From NCBI GenBank assembly GCA_009779515.1, contig WREE01000001.1, positions 1 through 34,631 on the forward strand: 34,631 nucleotides of DNA. The letters are read 5' to 3'. Source of the DNA: Symbiobacteriaceae bacterium (GTDB lineage: Bacteria; Bacillota; JAAYKD01; WRDA01). Under the pieces are notes generated by a model. The model searched no databases. It was not told the origin of the DNA and saw only the letters and a program-made list of their open reading frames with translations. This document shows, piece after piece, positions 1 through 9,752 of this stretch. A program made the translations under genes and the position numbers. Each line of letters opens with the position of its first letter. Positions within the stretch are counted from its first letter, which is position 1.

Positions 1-327
1 AAAGCCACCCTGCAGGGTTAGAGCCGCTTCCACCTTTTTGAACTTCGCTACTTCGGCATCTAGCTCTTCGTGGATGGTCTGGGTACCGGCAATGGAACGG
101 ACCGCCGCCGGTCCTACTCCGTAGTGGTCGATCGCCTCTTTGGCAGCTGCCACCAAACGGGGGTGGTTAGCCAACCCCAGGTAGTTGTTGGAGCACATGT
201 TCAGCACCCGACGACCGTCAATCTGTAGCCAGGCGCCCTGGGCAGAATCGATAGTGCGGATAGAGTTAAAGAGACCGCTCTCTTTGAGGCTGCCCAGAGC
301 CTCTTCTAAAAACTGTAGTTTGTCCAT
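1..327 (-). CDS. PLP-dependent alpha-oxoamine synthase family, N-terminal part (glycine C-acetyltransferase Kbl / 8-amino-7-oxononanoate synthase BioF-like). The 3' end lies outside the window.
   Basis: It is missing from the ORF track because it runs off the window edge. Minus-strand translation from the ATG (complement of 325-327) gives [109 protein letters not shown]. This is the typical Kbl/BioF N-terminus (SNNYLGL, GxGxVRxIxGT). An AAAGGAG RBS lies on the complement of 334-340. Confidence 0.85.
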   Translation of the reverse strand, partial: MDKLQFLEEALGSLKESGLFNSIRTIDSAQGAWLQIDGRRVLNMCSNNYLGLANHPRLVAAAKEAIDHYGVGPAAVRSIAGTQTIHEELDAEVAKFKKVEAALTLQGGF

Positions 328-371
328 GAGAATCTCCTTTCGTGGCAAAAATATTGTTAAAAGTTAATGTT

Positions 372-1160
372 TCAGGAAATCTTTTCGTAGTTGCTAGACG
401 GTTCTTCCCGGCTGATGATTACCCGGCGGGCATAAAAACCTGCCATGGCCACACTAAGATAGGGACCAACATAAAGTACTGCCAACCCCAGGGTCAACGC
501 CGTCAGAGCTAACCAGCCGAAGAAGGAGAGCTCAAACAGGAATACCCGCCGGCGGTAACCGCGAGCCAGTTGCAAGGCGCGGCGCCAGGCATCACGATAG
601 GAGATATCAGGGTCTTCGCCGATGATATAAGGGAGCATCCAGAAGTTTAGTTGGATGAAAGCTGTTATAATACCCACGATAACACTGGGGAGCAGCGCTA
701 AAGCCGAAATAGGGGTTTCCAAGTTGACCGTAGCCGAAGATACCCCCTGGCCGAATAGAGCGCTGCTAAGTTGTAGCAACCCGTTGACCCACTGGACCAG
801 GTAGAGAGGTAGCACCCCTAACATACTGCGTTTAATATCGTTAAAGCCCCAGAGGATATCGCGAAAATGCGCCGTCTCTCCCTGCCACACGGTCAGGTAG
901 ATTCTGGATGCTCCCACGCTACAAGCCATATATACCGGAAGTAGCAAGAGGGAGCTGAGTTGGATAAGGCGGTTGGTTTGGGGTAGGGAAAAAGCATACA
1001 ACACTTCCTCGAAACCGTAACGAAAGAATGGCCAGACAGCGGCACAGTTAACCAGTAGCCCCAGGAGGGGCATGAGATTAAAAGCTAAAAAAGCAGGGCG
1101 AAACTGGGCTTGCAGTTTGCTCTGGGCTTCCCGCTTAACTTCGGTAAAATTTATCTCCAT
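372..1160 (-). CDS. Polytopic integral membrane protein, tentatively DUF975-like.
   Basis: 262-aa ORF with several hydrophobic segments. The N-terminus (FTEVKREAQSKLQ..) resembles DUF975 proteins as I remember them. It is probably co-transcribed with the downstream Kbl-like gene (44-nt gap). Confidence 0.6.
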   Translation of the reverse strand: MEINFTEVKREAQSKLQAQFRPAFLAFNLMPLLGLLVNCAAVWPFFRYGFEEVLYAFSLPQTNRLIQLSSLLLLPVYMACSVGASRIYLTVWQGETAHFRDILWGFNDIKRSMLGVLPLYLVQWVNGLLQLSSALFGQGVSSATVNLETPISALALLPSVIVGIITAFIQLNFWMLPYIIGEDPDISYRDAWRRALQLARGYRRRVFLFELSFFGWLALTALTLGLAVLYVGPYLSVAMAGFYARRVIISREEPSSNYEKIS

Positions 1161-1304
1161 ACCCTCACCTCAGGCTCTCACGTTAACATGGTAAATTTCT
1201 CTTCGCCGGTGAAACGGTTTATTCCTGCTATCCCGGCAGCTTTAATAATCAAGGCAACTAAGATGCATACCCTGTGGGGATAAAGAGAGAAAGTCGGTGA
1301 CCAT

Positions 1305-2648
1305 ATGGATCCCCTGGATTTATTCTCCACCACCCAAAGTGAGCTTCCGACGACGGCCTATATGCCTTTGGCGGCGCGTATGCGTCCTCGCCAACTGGAG
1401 GATCTGGTGGGGCAAGAGGAGGTGCTGGGTGCGGGTCGCCCTCTGAGGCGTGCTATCGAAAGTGATCGCCTCACTTCCCTAATCCTTTTTGGTCCTCCTG
1501 GATGCGGTAAGACCACCATTGCTGCCCTTATCGCTGGTAGCACCAAAGGGCATTTCGAGCAAATCAGTGCTGTAACCAGCGGGGTTGCCGATATCAAGCG
1601 GATCATTGGTGAAGCTAAAGATAGGCGGCGCATCTATCGGCAGCGCACCATTCTTTTTATCGATGAAATCCACCGTTTCAACAAGGGGCAGCAAGATGCT
1701 TTGCTACCGGCGGTGGAAGACGGCACCGTGGTTCTCATCGGAGCAACTACTTCCAACCCTTTTTTCGACATCAACGCCGCTTTAGTCAGCCGCTCGCAAA
1801 TGGTTCGCCTCAAGCCTCTGGATGATGCCGCCATCGCCCAAATTGTGCAACGCGCTTTAGCCGATAAAGAAAATGGCTATGGTAATTTAACCATAGCTCT
1901 TACCCCCGAAGCCTTGGAGCATCTTTTGCGTTGCTCGGTGGGTGATGCCCGGAACGCCTTAAATGGCTTGGAAGCAGCAGTGTTGGCTGCCGAACCTGGC
2001 GCAGACGGCGCTATCATCTTGGGGGAAACCGAGATGGCGGAGGCTATCCGCCAAAAAGCGTTGCGCTACGACAAAGATGGCGACCAACACTACGATATTG
2101 TCTCGGCTTTTATTAAATCTATGCGGGGGAGCGACCCGGATGCAGCTATCTACTGGATGTCCCGTATGCTGGCAGCCGGGGAAGATCCTCGCTTTATTAT
2201 GCGCCGGGTGGTTATCTGCGCCAGCGAGGATGTGGGTAACGCCGATCCCACGGCGCTGTTGGTAGCTGTCGCCGCAGCCCAGGCTTTGGAGCTAATTGGC
2301 TTGCCGGAAGCGCGGCACAACATCAGCCAAGCGGTTATCTATGTTGCCTCCGCTCCTAAAAGCAACTCGGTCACCGTCGCCATGGGCAAAGCCGCCACCG
2401 TAGTGGAGGAACAGAGGGGCTTAGGGGCGGTTCCTATCCCTTTGCGTGATGCCAGCTATCCCAGCGCGGCACGCTTGGGGCATGGCCAGGGCTATCTTTA
2501 TGCTCATAACTATCCGGAGCATTTTGTTTACCAGCAATACCTTCCTGATGAACTGCGGCAGGAGCGGTTTTATGAAGCCAGCAGCAACGGTGCCGAAAAA
2601 GCGACCAAGGAGCGGCTGGCTCGTCTGTGGAAAGATCGGTATCAGTAG
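1305..2648 (+). CDS. rarA: Replication-associated recombination protein A (AAA+ ATPase RarA/MgsA).
   Basis: 447 aa with Walker A GPPGCGKTT, Walker B ILFIDEIHRFNK, and the conserved C-terminal MgsA region (HYDIVSAFIKSMRGSDPDAAIYW, GYLYAHNY). Confidence 0.95.
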   Translation: MDPLDLFSTTQSELPTTAYMPLAARMRPRQLEDLVGQEEVLGAGRPLRRAIESDRLTSLILFGPPGCGKTTIAALIAGSTKGHFEQISAVTSGVADIKRIIGEAKDRRRIYRQRTILFIDEIHRFNKGQQDALLPAVEDGTVVLIGATTSNPFFDINAALVSRSQMVRLKPLDDAAIAQIVQRALADKENGYGNLTIALTPEALEHLLRCSVGDARNALNGLEAAVLAAEPGADGAIILGETEMAEAIRQKALRYDKDGDQHYDIVSAFIKSMRGSDPDAAIYWMSRMLAAGEDPRFIMRRVVICASEDVGNADPTALLVAVAAAQALELIGLPEARHNISQAVIYVASAPKSNSVTVAMGKAATVVEEQRGLGAVPIPLRDASYPSAARLGHGQGYLYAHNYPEHFVYQQYLPDELRQERFYEASSNGAEKATKERLARLWKDRYQ

Positions 2649-2657
2649 CCTAAGGCG

Positions 2658-3284
2658 GTGATAACTATCTCCAACGATTATTTTACCATAGCCCAGGAGG
2701 CGCGTTGCAAGGTGCAAGTAGGCGCTTGTCGCTTCTTTGGCAGTGTCGCCCAGGTGACCTCGGAAGAGGATACCAAGGAGTTTTTAGCCAAAGTCCGAGA
2801 GGAGCACCCCAGCATTAAAGAGCATTGCTGGGCTTACCGCCTGGGAATAGCGCCTAACCAGGTGGCTCGCTATAGTGATGCCGGGGAGCCTTCCCAAACA
2901 GCGGGACCACCTATACTGCGTGCTATTGACCATCTGGAGCTTACCAACACCATGGTAGTGGTTACCCGTTACTTCGGGGAGAAGCAGGGGGTTGGGGGGC
3001 TGATCAGAGCTTTTCATCTCACTGCCGCCACGGTTTTAAAAGAGGCAGGGGTGCGTCAGGAACTGGTTTATATTCCTATTATCTTAGAGTGCCGTTATGA
3101 ACAGCTCTCTTATATCCTCCATGAATTGACCAAAGCCGAAGCTAAAGAGCTTCGGCAGGAGTATGGCGAGAAGGTTCTGCTGACGGCGACCCTTCGCCCC
3201 ATGGCTCTCCCCGACTTAGCTAACAGTATTGGGGAGTGGACTAAAGGGAGTGTCCAAGTGCGGGAAGCTAAAGAGCTTGACTAA
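2658..3284 (+). CDS. yigZ: YigZ / IMPACT-family (UPF0029) protein.
   Basis: 208 aa with a GTG start. Motifs HCWAYRLG, SDAGEPSQTAGPPIL and VVVTRYFGEKQGVGGLIRAF match the IMPACT N-terminal domain consensus. Confidence 0.85.
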   Translation: MITISNDYFTIAQEARCKVQVGACRFFGSVAQVTSEEDTKEFLAKVREEHPSIKEHCWAYRLGIAPNQVARYSDAGEPSQTAGPPILRAIDHLELTNTMVVVTRYFGEKQGVGGLIRAFHLTAATVLKEAGVRQELVYIPIILECRYEQLSYILHELTKAEAKELRQEYGEKVLLTATLRPMALPDLANSIGEWTKGSVQVREAKELD

Positions 3285-5130
3285 AGAGAAAAGATAAAAT
3301 AATAAAGAGACCAGCAGCAGCTAAAAGTAGGCTTAGGGTGGTCGAGGGATAAGAGATAGTTACCGGTCGCCGGTTGGCTTCGGCAGCGGTGGAACTAAAG
3401 AGATAATAGTGCCCTTCCAAAAAGGAACCGGGTTGGTAGGGATTACGGGTGGCTGTCAGCAGAGCTACCCGTATTTTTTTTACCAGCAGCTCAGGCAGGG
3501 AAGCAAGACGCTGCATGGCTGCGATCAGGTGCCCAAGTATGCCCTGTAACAAGGGGCGGTACCCTTTATCTTCCAGGTCGTAGCTCCCTTGCTGGAATAG
3601 TTCGTAGAGCTTTGCTCCCAGAGTACCTGCTGCCCTCTCATGACGCATAACAAGGAAGATACCGCCGCCGATAGTCAGGGAGATCAGAGCCCCTCGTAAG
3701 TTAATCCAAGCATAATAAGGAATAGGGTGGTCTACTTCGTGGCTGCGCAGGAAGGTAAAGGCAGGGTCTACTACCCTTTCAGCCAAGATAGGGAAGATCC
3801 CCAGCAAAGGGAAAAGGAGAGCTACTGCCAGGAGAAGCCACAGCACCCGGTAGCCGGGGGATAAGGCTTCCCTTACTCCCTCAACTGCCGGTGGGGGGCG
3901 GCGCTGCCCAGGTGAGCGCCTTGTTCTTGGGGTGGTTCTTGGCATCTTTCCCTTTGAGGAAGCATTTCCGGTAAGCAAGGTCTCTCCCAGGAGCGCCATA
4001 TAGGCGAAGGTAATACCGCCGCTGCTAAGAAAAATTATCTCCACTATTTGCAGAAAGGCAGCTAGGGCACCACTGGGGGCATAGTATATCCCTTCCACGA
4101 GGGCTTCGTGGAGCAAGGTTTTGCTAATATAGCCGCTGAAAAGGGGGATCCCCGCTAAAGCACCAGCCGCCAGCAGGAAGAGGAGGGTAAAGAGAGGTTT
4201 ACCCTTGGCAAAGCCACGTATACTCCGGTAGCTTAAGTCGTGGGTTTGGAGGTAGACTACCCCTGCCAGGGTAAACAGCACCAGCTTGATCAAGGTGTGG
4301 TTCACCATATGGAGCAGCACTCCCCGGGCAGCGATACCGTCGTGGTAGCCCAGTAGGGCTAAGCTGGCAATGCCGCTGGTGATAAAACCTATCTGAGAGA
4401 CCGAAGAGCAAGCCAAGGTGCGCTTCATATCTCGGGAGAAGAGAGCAGCTACAGCTCCCCACAACATGGTGATAGAGGCCACAGCCATTAAGGCCACGCT
4501 CCAGGGAATATCGGAAGCCAGCAATGTGGTGCTGGCAACTATAACCCCAACTATACCGGTTTTTGTCAGCACGCCGGAGAGCAGGGCGCTGGCGGGTGCC
4601 GGTGCCACCGGATGAGCCTTGGGAAGCCAAATATGCAAAGGCCATAGCCCAGCTTTGGCGCCAAACCCCAACAGGAGGAGAGCAGCCGGTAGATAGAGCT
4701 CTCCCTTATCTGCCAGAGCCTGGCTGTACTCGTAGAGCAGGTTATAGTTTAGAGTGGCAAAGCGCTGATAAAGAAGCATCATGCCTATCAGGATGGACAT
4801 ACCTCCGGCGATGGCTATCGCCAAATAGGTTTGTGCCCCTCGCAAAGCCTCTGGACTCTCTTCATGAGCTACCAAAGCGTAGGAGGTAAAAGCCATCAAT
4901 TCAAAAAAGAGGAAAGTTGTGGCGAGGTTGTCAGCCCCAAAAACCCCCAGCACCGTGACCAGAGTTGCCAGAGAAGAGAGGGTGTAACGTGTCCGATGGG
5001 TAGATTTGGCCAAATACTCCCTGGCAAAAAGGGTAGAGACCAGCCAAGCGCAGCAGGTAAGTACCCCATATAACGAGGAGAAACCGTTAAGGCTAAAGCT
5101 TAGCTGCCAGCTTCCTAAAACGAACTCCAT
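3268..5130 (-). CDS. Proton-conducting antiporter-like subunit (NuoL/NuoM/MrpD/HyfB superfamily) with a long C-terminal extension that looks like a lateral amphipathic helix plus a terminal TM anchor.
   Basis: 620 aa. It has the TM5-like FFELMAFTSY and HIWLPKAHPVAPAPASALLSGVLTKTG motifs. The core is followed by an Arg/Pro-rich linker (KGKMPRTTPRTRRSPGQRRPPP) and ~230 further residues ending in a hydrophobic helix. It is the last gene of the mrp-like cluster and overlaps the convergent yigZ by 17 nt. Confidence 0.85.
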   Translation of the reverse strand: MEFVLGSWQLSFSLNGFSSLYGVLTCCAWLVSTLFAREYLAKSTHRTRYTLSSLATLVTVLGVFGADNLATTFLFFELMAFTSYALVAHEESPEALRGAQTYLAIAIAGGMSILIGMMLLYQRFATLNYNLLYEYSQALADKGELYLPAALLLLGFGAKAGLWPLHIWLPKAHPVAPAPASALLSGVLTKTGIVGVIVASTTLLASDIPWSVALMAVASITMLWGAVAALFSRDMKRTLACSSVSQIGFITSGIASLALLGYHDGIAARGVLLHMVNHTLIKLVLFTLAGVVYLQTHDLSYRSIRGFAKGKPLFTLLFLLAAGALAGIPLFSGYISKTLLHEALVEGIYYAPSGALAAFLQIVEIIFLSSGGITFAYMALLGETLLTGNASSKGKMPRTTPRTRRSPGQRRPPPAVEGVREALSPGYRVLWLLLAVALLFPLLGIFPILAERVVDPAFTFLRSHEVDHPIPYYAWINLRGALISLTIGGGIFLVMRHERAAGTLGAKLYELFQQGSYDLEDKGYRPLLQGILGHLIAAMQRLASLPELLVKKIRVALLTATRNPYQPGSFLEGHYYLFSSTAAEANRRPVTISYPSTTLSLLLAAAGLFIILSFLFSQAL

Positions 5131-5151
5131 ATGTCGGCACCCCTCTCCCGG

Positions 5152-6627
5152 CTAAAACAAGCTGGCTGCCAGCAGTTGCAGAGCATCCAGCAAGGGAGAG
5201 GCGAAAAGCCCTAAAGCTACTCCCAGAAGCGCCAACAGCATAGTAGGAGCTAACAGGAGGGGAGGAGCTTCCTTGACCTCGTTCTCTTTAACCCACTCTG
5301 TCCCCGGAAAGAAGGCCTCAACCAGTAGAGGAAAAAGATACCCCGCAGTTAGTAAAGCGCTGGCGATAAGCACTAGCGGTCCACACCAGGAGATTGCCTT
5401 GGGCAGCGCCGCTAGAGCTGCAGTTGCCAAATACCACTTACTGGTAAAGCCACCGCTAGGTGGGATGCCCACCAGACACAGGCTCAAAAGAGCCAGCGCC
5501 CCAAAGGTGAAAGGCATATTTCGTCCTAAGCCTTGAAGTTCATCGGCAGCGCTTTTCTGGCTGGCGCTGGTTATAGCGCCTATATTTAAGAAAAGACCAT
5601 TTTTGGCTACTCCATGGAGAAACATATGAAAAAGTGCCCCCACCAACCCCAGGGGAGATAAGGTAGCGATGCCGAAGAGGATATAGCTCACCTGACTGAT
5701 CGAGGAGTACGCCAGCCGTTTTTTAAGGAGCAGTTCTCGGTAAGCCTGCAGTGAGCCTAAAAGAATGGTGAACAAGGTTAAAGCCAACCAGACCCCCTGC
5801 ACCCAAGTGCCGCGAAGGAAGTCGCCTCCCACCAGGTAAAGGGTGTAACGGATAACGGCAAAGACCCCGGCTTTAGTGATAACTCCCGACAAAATGGCAC
5901 TGGCGGGAGCCGGGGCGACCGGATGAGCTGCTGGCAACCAAGCATGTAAAGGAAAAAGACCGGCTTTGGCACTAAAGCCGATGATGACCGCCATAGAGGC
6001 AACCAGGAGCAAAGGGGAATTTTCTCCTGCCTGGGGGGGTAAATTTCCCCCGGGCACAAAATCTAGGTTCCAGGAATTGGTGTAGAAAACAAAGAGTCCT
6101 AACAACCCTAAAGATGCTCCGGCAATGGAATAGTAAAGATACTTAAAAGCTGCGGCTACAGCTTCCAGACTCTGGGAGTGCAACACCAGGGGTACGGATA
6201 CCAGAGTGAGAAGTTCAAAAAAGAGGTAGAGGGTCAGCAGGTTACCGGCGTAAGACAGCCCCAGTAGCATACCTAAGGCTAGCAAGTAGAACATGACAAA
6301 GTGCTCGGGGCGCTCTTCATGGGTTAGGTAATCTTGACAGAAGATACTAACAATGAGGAAAATAAAAGCCACAAAGATAGCAAAAATGTTGCTTAAAGTA
6401 TCGGTAGCCAGATATAAGGGTAACTGGGCGCCTAAAGAGAACAGCCCCAACCTTATAGGAGGCTGTATAGCTATTAACGCTACCACCAAGGTGGTAAGAG
6501 CCAGGCAAAGTAATAAAGAGGGAAGCAGGGAACGCTCTTTACCTCTGTAGGATCCAAGTCCTAAGCCTATTCCCGCCAAAGTAGGAATAAACAAAGGGAG
6601 AAGTAAGACCAAAGAAGGGAACATCAC
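5152..6627 (-). CDS. mrpD: Proton-conducting antiporter-like subunit (MrpD/NuoM/HyfB-type).
   Basis: 491 aa and polytopic, with motifs LFFELLTLVS and HAWLPAAHPVAPAPASAILSGVITKAG. An AAGAGGTGA RBS lies just upstream on the minus strand. Confidence 0.9.
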   Translation of the reverse strand: MMFPSLVLLLPLFIPTLAGIGLGLGSYRGKERSLLPSLLLCLALTTLVVALIAIQPPIRLGLFSLGAQLPLYLATDTLSNIFAIFVAFIFLIVSIFCQDYLTHEERPEHFVMFYLLALGMLLGLSYAGNLLTLYLFFELLTLVSVPLVLHSQSLEAVAAAFKYLYYSIAGASLGLLGLFVFYTNSWNLDFVPGGNLPPQAGENSPLLLVASMAVIIGFSAKAGLFPLHAWLPAAHPVAPAPASAILSGVITKAGVFAVIRYTLYLVGGDFLRGTWVQGVWLALTLFTILLGSLQAYRELLLKKRLAYSSISQVSYILFGIATLSPLGLVGALFHMFLHGVAKNGLFLNIGAITSASQKSAADELQGLGRNMPFTFGALALLSLCLVGIPPSGGFTSKWYLATAALAALPKAISWCGPLVLIASALLTAGYLFPLLVEAFFPGTEWVKENEVKEAPPLLLAPTMLLALLGVALGLFASPLLDALQLLAASLF

Positions 6628-6661
6628 TTCACCTCTTTATTAGATATGACCCAACCAGCAA

Positions 6662-6832
6662 AAAACCAGTTTCATATTACTTGTTTTCTACCTAACTTAC
6701 CTTAAAGGGATAAAAGTAACTGCTTTTTGGCGACATGCGCGTCAAAAAGCAAACTTTTTCGCAAGAACACGTCTTAATTCGCCGAAGAGCGCACTCTGAG
6801 GCGAGAGGGTGAAGACTTTGTCTTCAGCCTCA
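6662..6832 (+). repeat. Intergenic repeat family 2, copy A (~170 nt), inserted between two mrpD-type genes.
   Basis: It aligns along its whole length with 19771-19944 and 31314-31481. It contains hairpins GCTTTTTG..CAAAAAGC (6722-6750) and GAGGGTGAAGAC-TTT-GTCTTCAGCCTC (6805-6831). Confidence 0.9.
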
Positions 6833-6836
6833 AACA

Positions 6837-8333
6837 TTAATGCAGGTTAATTATACCTTGCTCCAGGATCTGCCACACCTGAGGGGCGAAAAATCCCAAT
6901 AGCACGGTTAGGGAGATAAAAACTCCCAAAGAAGCGGGGAGTAAAGCTGGCGGTGACTTATCCCCTTCGGCACTTTCCCTATCTGACCAGGCAGCGGTGT
7001 CGCTACCGAAAAGGGTGGCTAAAGCCGGCAGATAATACATGGCGCCCAGCACCGTGCCCAGGAGGATAACCGGTACCACCAGCCACCCCTCCGGTGAAGC
7101 GAGAGCGCTTTGGGCTAAGTAGAGCTTCGCCATAAAGCCAGGGAGAGGGGGAATACCTACCAGGGACAAGGCGCCGACCACAAAGGCTGCGGCAGCTACA
7201 GGGTTGCGCCGAGCCGCTCCTCGTAAGGTTTTGTAGCTGGTCTCCCCCTGGGAGGCTTCAGCCAACCCGGCAGTTGCCATAAAGAGCATACTCTTGCTTA
7301 AAGCGTGGCTCACCATCTGGAAACAGGCTGCCACTAGAGCGGGAATAGTACCCACTCCCAAAGCCACAGAGATATAACCAATTTGCGAAATAGAGGCATA
7401 GCTAAGGGTTTGTTTAAGGTCGCGCTGACGCATGGCTTGGAGGGAACCGTAGAGAATAGCCATAACCCCGCAAGCTAAAAAGATGCGGGAGAGGAGCATA
7501 GAAGCCCAGTAAGCCCGCCCAAAGACGCGACAGATAAGCTTAAGCAAAAAGACCAGGTAAGTTTTGGTTACGATACCGGCCAGGAGGGCCGAGGTAGGGG
7601 TGGTGGCGCTGCTGTAGGCTTCCGGCAACCAGCCGTGGAAGGGGAAGATAGCACTTTTAATGGAGAGCCCGGCTATGGTTAAGGCGGATAGCACCGCTAG
7701 AGGGAGGGTGTAGCTTCCCGTGGCTACCAAAGAGGCAATGCTCTCCGCTAAACCGGCGAAGAGAAGATGCCCGGTAATACTATATAGAATAGAGATAGCC
7801 AAAAGCAACAAACCAGAGCCTAGCAGACTCATCGCCAAATAAACAAAACTCGCCAGGAGGGAGCGACCATTCTCTCCGGCACTGACTAAGCTACAGGCAG
7901 CAATCGTGGCTATTTCGATGAAGACAAAGGTGGTAAAGATATCGTTACTATAAATAATCGCCAGGAGCCCCGCCAGGAGCAGGTTTTCCATTAAATAGTA
8001 AAAGCGGAGCTTGCTGGGGTGAATATCGCAGCGTACCGTTGCCGTACCTCCCCACATGGTCAGCAGAGAGATGCCGCTAAAGAGGGAAGCCATGAAAGCT
8101 TCCAGGGCGCCAAAGCGAATTTCGTTGCCAAAGGGAGCGGGAAAATGCCCCATCAGGTAGGTAACACTAAGAGCGTTACTATAGATATAGTTTAAGGTGG
8201 CTAGGGAAAGCAGTAGGGTGATGGCGGTAGACCCTAAGGTAAAGTGCCAAGCATATCTTTCATGCCAAAGCATACAGAAAATGGCAGCGAAGATGGGGAG
8301 GAAGATAGAAAAGAAGGGGAAGTTTTCGACCAA
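6837..8333 (-). CDS. mrpD: Proton-conducting antiporter-like subunit (MrpD/NuoN-type).
   Basis: 498 aa with an apparent TTG start. Motifs FVFIEIATIAA and HGWLPEAYSSATTPTSALLAGIVTKTY. Confidence 0.88.
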   Translation of the reverse strand: MVENFPFFSIFLPIFAAIFCMLWHERYAWHFTLGSTAITLLLSLATLNYIYSNALSVTYLMGHFPAPFGNEIRFGALEAFMASLFSGISLLTMWGGTATVRCDIHPSKLRFYYLMENLLLAGLLAIIYSNDIFTTFVFIEIATIAACSLVSAGENGRSLLASFVYLAMSLLGSGLLLLAISILYSITGHLLFAGLAESIASLVATGSYTLPLAVLSALTIAGLSIKSAIFPFHGWLPEAYSSATTPTSALLAGIVTKTYLVFLLKLICRVFGRAYWASMLLSRIFLACGVMAILYGSLQAMRQRDLKQTLSYASISQIGYISVALGVGTIPALVAACFQMVSHALSKSMLFMATAGLAEASQGETSYKTLRGAARRNPVAAAAFVVGALSLVGIPPLPGFMAKLYLAQSALASPEGWLVVPVILLGTVLGAMYYLPALATLFGSDTAAWSDRESAEGDKSPPALLPASLGVFISLTVLLGFFAPQVWQILEQGIINLH

Positions 8334-8341
8334 GATAATGG

Positions 8342-8707
8342 CTACATCCCCTCCTTAACTACCAGTTTACTTAACTCGTCGATATCTAAGGTCTGGTAAC
8401 GTTTATATAAGCGAACCACCAGGGCTAAGGCAAAAGCCGTAACCGAAACGGAAATAACTATACCGGTAAGGATGAGCCCGGTAGGAACAGGGTTGATATA
8501 AAGTTGCACGCCATCAGCGACAATGGGCACAGCTCCTCCCCGGATATACCCTTGGGCAGCCAAGAAAAGGTAAATACCACTGTTGCAGATATTCAAACCG
8601 ATTAGTTTTTTGACTAAGTTGCGGTCTAACAGGAGAGCGGATAACCCGATGCCAAAGAGGAACATGGCGGTTATCTGGTAATAGTTTTCACGCAGGTAGA
8701 GCCACAT
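8342..8707 (-). CDS. mrpC: MrpC/MnhC (NuoK-like) subunit.
   Basis: 121 aa with three TM segments and the characteristic LIGLNICNSGIYLF and LILTGIVISVSVTAFALAL. Its position is between the MrpB-like and MrpD-like genes. Confidence 0.85.
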   Translation of the reverse strand: MWLYLRENYYQITAMFLFGIGLSALLLDRNLVKKLIGLNICNSGIYLFLAAQGYIRGGAVPIVADGVQLYINPVPTGLILTGIVISVSVTAFALALVVRLYKRYQTLDIDELSKLVVKEGM

Positions 8708-9484
8708 TTAACGCATCTCCCCCTGACTGAAAAGGACGTAGATAGCATAGACCGTGCCAGCAACGACACATCCCACGGCTATATTTAAGGGGAGAATTAA
8801 CCCGGCGCTGAGAAGGTCTCCGGGTTTGCCCAAAGGGATGCCACTGGGGAGATGATTGGCCCCCATGAAAAAGGAATATCCTTTAAAAGCGGCATAAAAG
8901 AGAAGGCTAAAGGAGACCAGGCGTCGGTAAATAGTGAAGTTGATAAAATGGCTGGCGCGGCGGATCCCGTAACTGTTGACATACAATATTAAAGCAGCGC
9001 CTAAAATGGAACCGCCGGAGAAGCCGCCACCCGGGGAGAGATGCCCATTGGCGATGACATAACAACCAAAAACCAACATGATGCCGACCAGCAGGAAAGA
9101 AACACTTTGTAAAATTATATTGGTATGAGGCTCCTCCATTTGGTGCAGCATGGTATCGTAGGCGTCGGGGGTATCGCTTCGTAGTAAGATAATTATCGCA
9201 CAGGTGGCAGTAAAAAGAACACACGCTTCACCGAAGGTATCAAAAGCTCGGTAATCTAAAATCATCCCGGCGACAATGTTTAAGGCACCGGTATCCCCCA
9301 AGCCGTCTTCAATATACTTCAAGGAGACCAAGTTGTGGCTGGGGTTGCCGACTTCCCCCAAAGGCGGTAAGGCAGCCAGGGTGACCAGAAGCAAAGCGGT
9401 AATGCCCACGGTCAGAGAGAGGGCGACCAGAGGGTAGTAGCGCAACAGCCGGTGACGCCAGGCGCTTAATGAAAATAAATTCAT
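8708..9484 (-). CDS. mrpB: MrpB/MnhB-domain subunit (fused MbhE-like plus MnhB-like regions).
   Basis: Motifs NIVAGMILDYRAFDTFGE and GHLSPGGGFSGGSILGAA are typical MnhB-domain signatures. I place the start at the ATG at 9484 (MNLFSLS..), which follows a GAGGAGG RBS inside the end of the upstream gene. The track's 9520 start would overlap that gene by 32 nt. Confidence 0.8.
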   Translation of the reverse strand: MNLFSLSAWRHRLLRYYPLVALSLTVGITALLLVTLAALPPLGEVGNPSHNLVSLKYIEDGLGDTGALNIVAGMILDYRAFDTFGEACVLFTATCAIIILLRSDTPDAYDTMLHQMEEPHTNIILQSVSFLLVGIMLVFGCYVIANGHLSPGGGFSGGSILGAALILYVNSYGIRRASHFINFTIYRRLVSFSLLFYAAFKGYSFFMGANHLPSGIPLGKPGDLLSAGLILPLNIAVGCVVAGTVYAIYVLFSQGEMR

Positions 9485-9488
9485 TTGA

Positions 9489-9752
9489 CTACACCTCCTC
9501 GTCCAAGGAGTGTTCGGCATCCATGGCTTGGATCCTTTTCAACACCACGAAGAACAACACACCCGAGATACCGGTAGCTACTGCCGCCTCGGTGATGGCT
9601 AAATCCGGCGCTAACAACAAAAGCCAGACAGCCGATAAGACCACGCTATAGGAAGCATAGATAATTACCGCATCCAGGAGGCGCTGTCGCAGGAACACCG
9701 TCACCGCCGCAACAATTAAGTAGAGCAAAAGGGCCATTTCTAAATACATCAC
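9489..9752 (-). CDS. Small MbhD/DUF4040-like subunit (homologous to the C-terminal part of MrpA).
   Basis: 87 aa with three TM segments. The motif LLAPDLAITEAAVATGISGVLF resembles the DUF4040 (MbhD) signature. It overlaps the upstream mrpG-like gene by 4 nt. Confidence 0.7.
   Translation of the reverse strand: MMYLEMALLLYLIVAAVTVFLRQRLLDAVIIYASYSVVLSAVWLLLLAPDLAITEAAVATGISGVLFFVVLKRIQAMDAEHSLDEEV

Noticed and set aside
6733-6742. The 10-mer CATGCGCGTC is shared between family 2 (copies A and C, in the hairpin loop) and the reverse complement of the family 1 left arm (GACGCGCATG at 11051-11060 and 17739-17748). This could hint that the two families are related.
   Set aside because: By rough estimate, a single 10-nt match between two ~180-nt elements searched on both strands is only marginally beyond chance. 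The motif is absent from family 2 copy B, and no further similarity flanks it.
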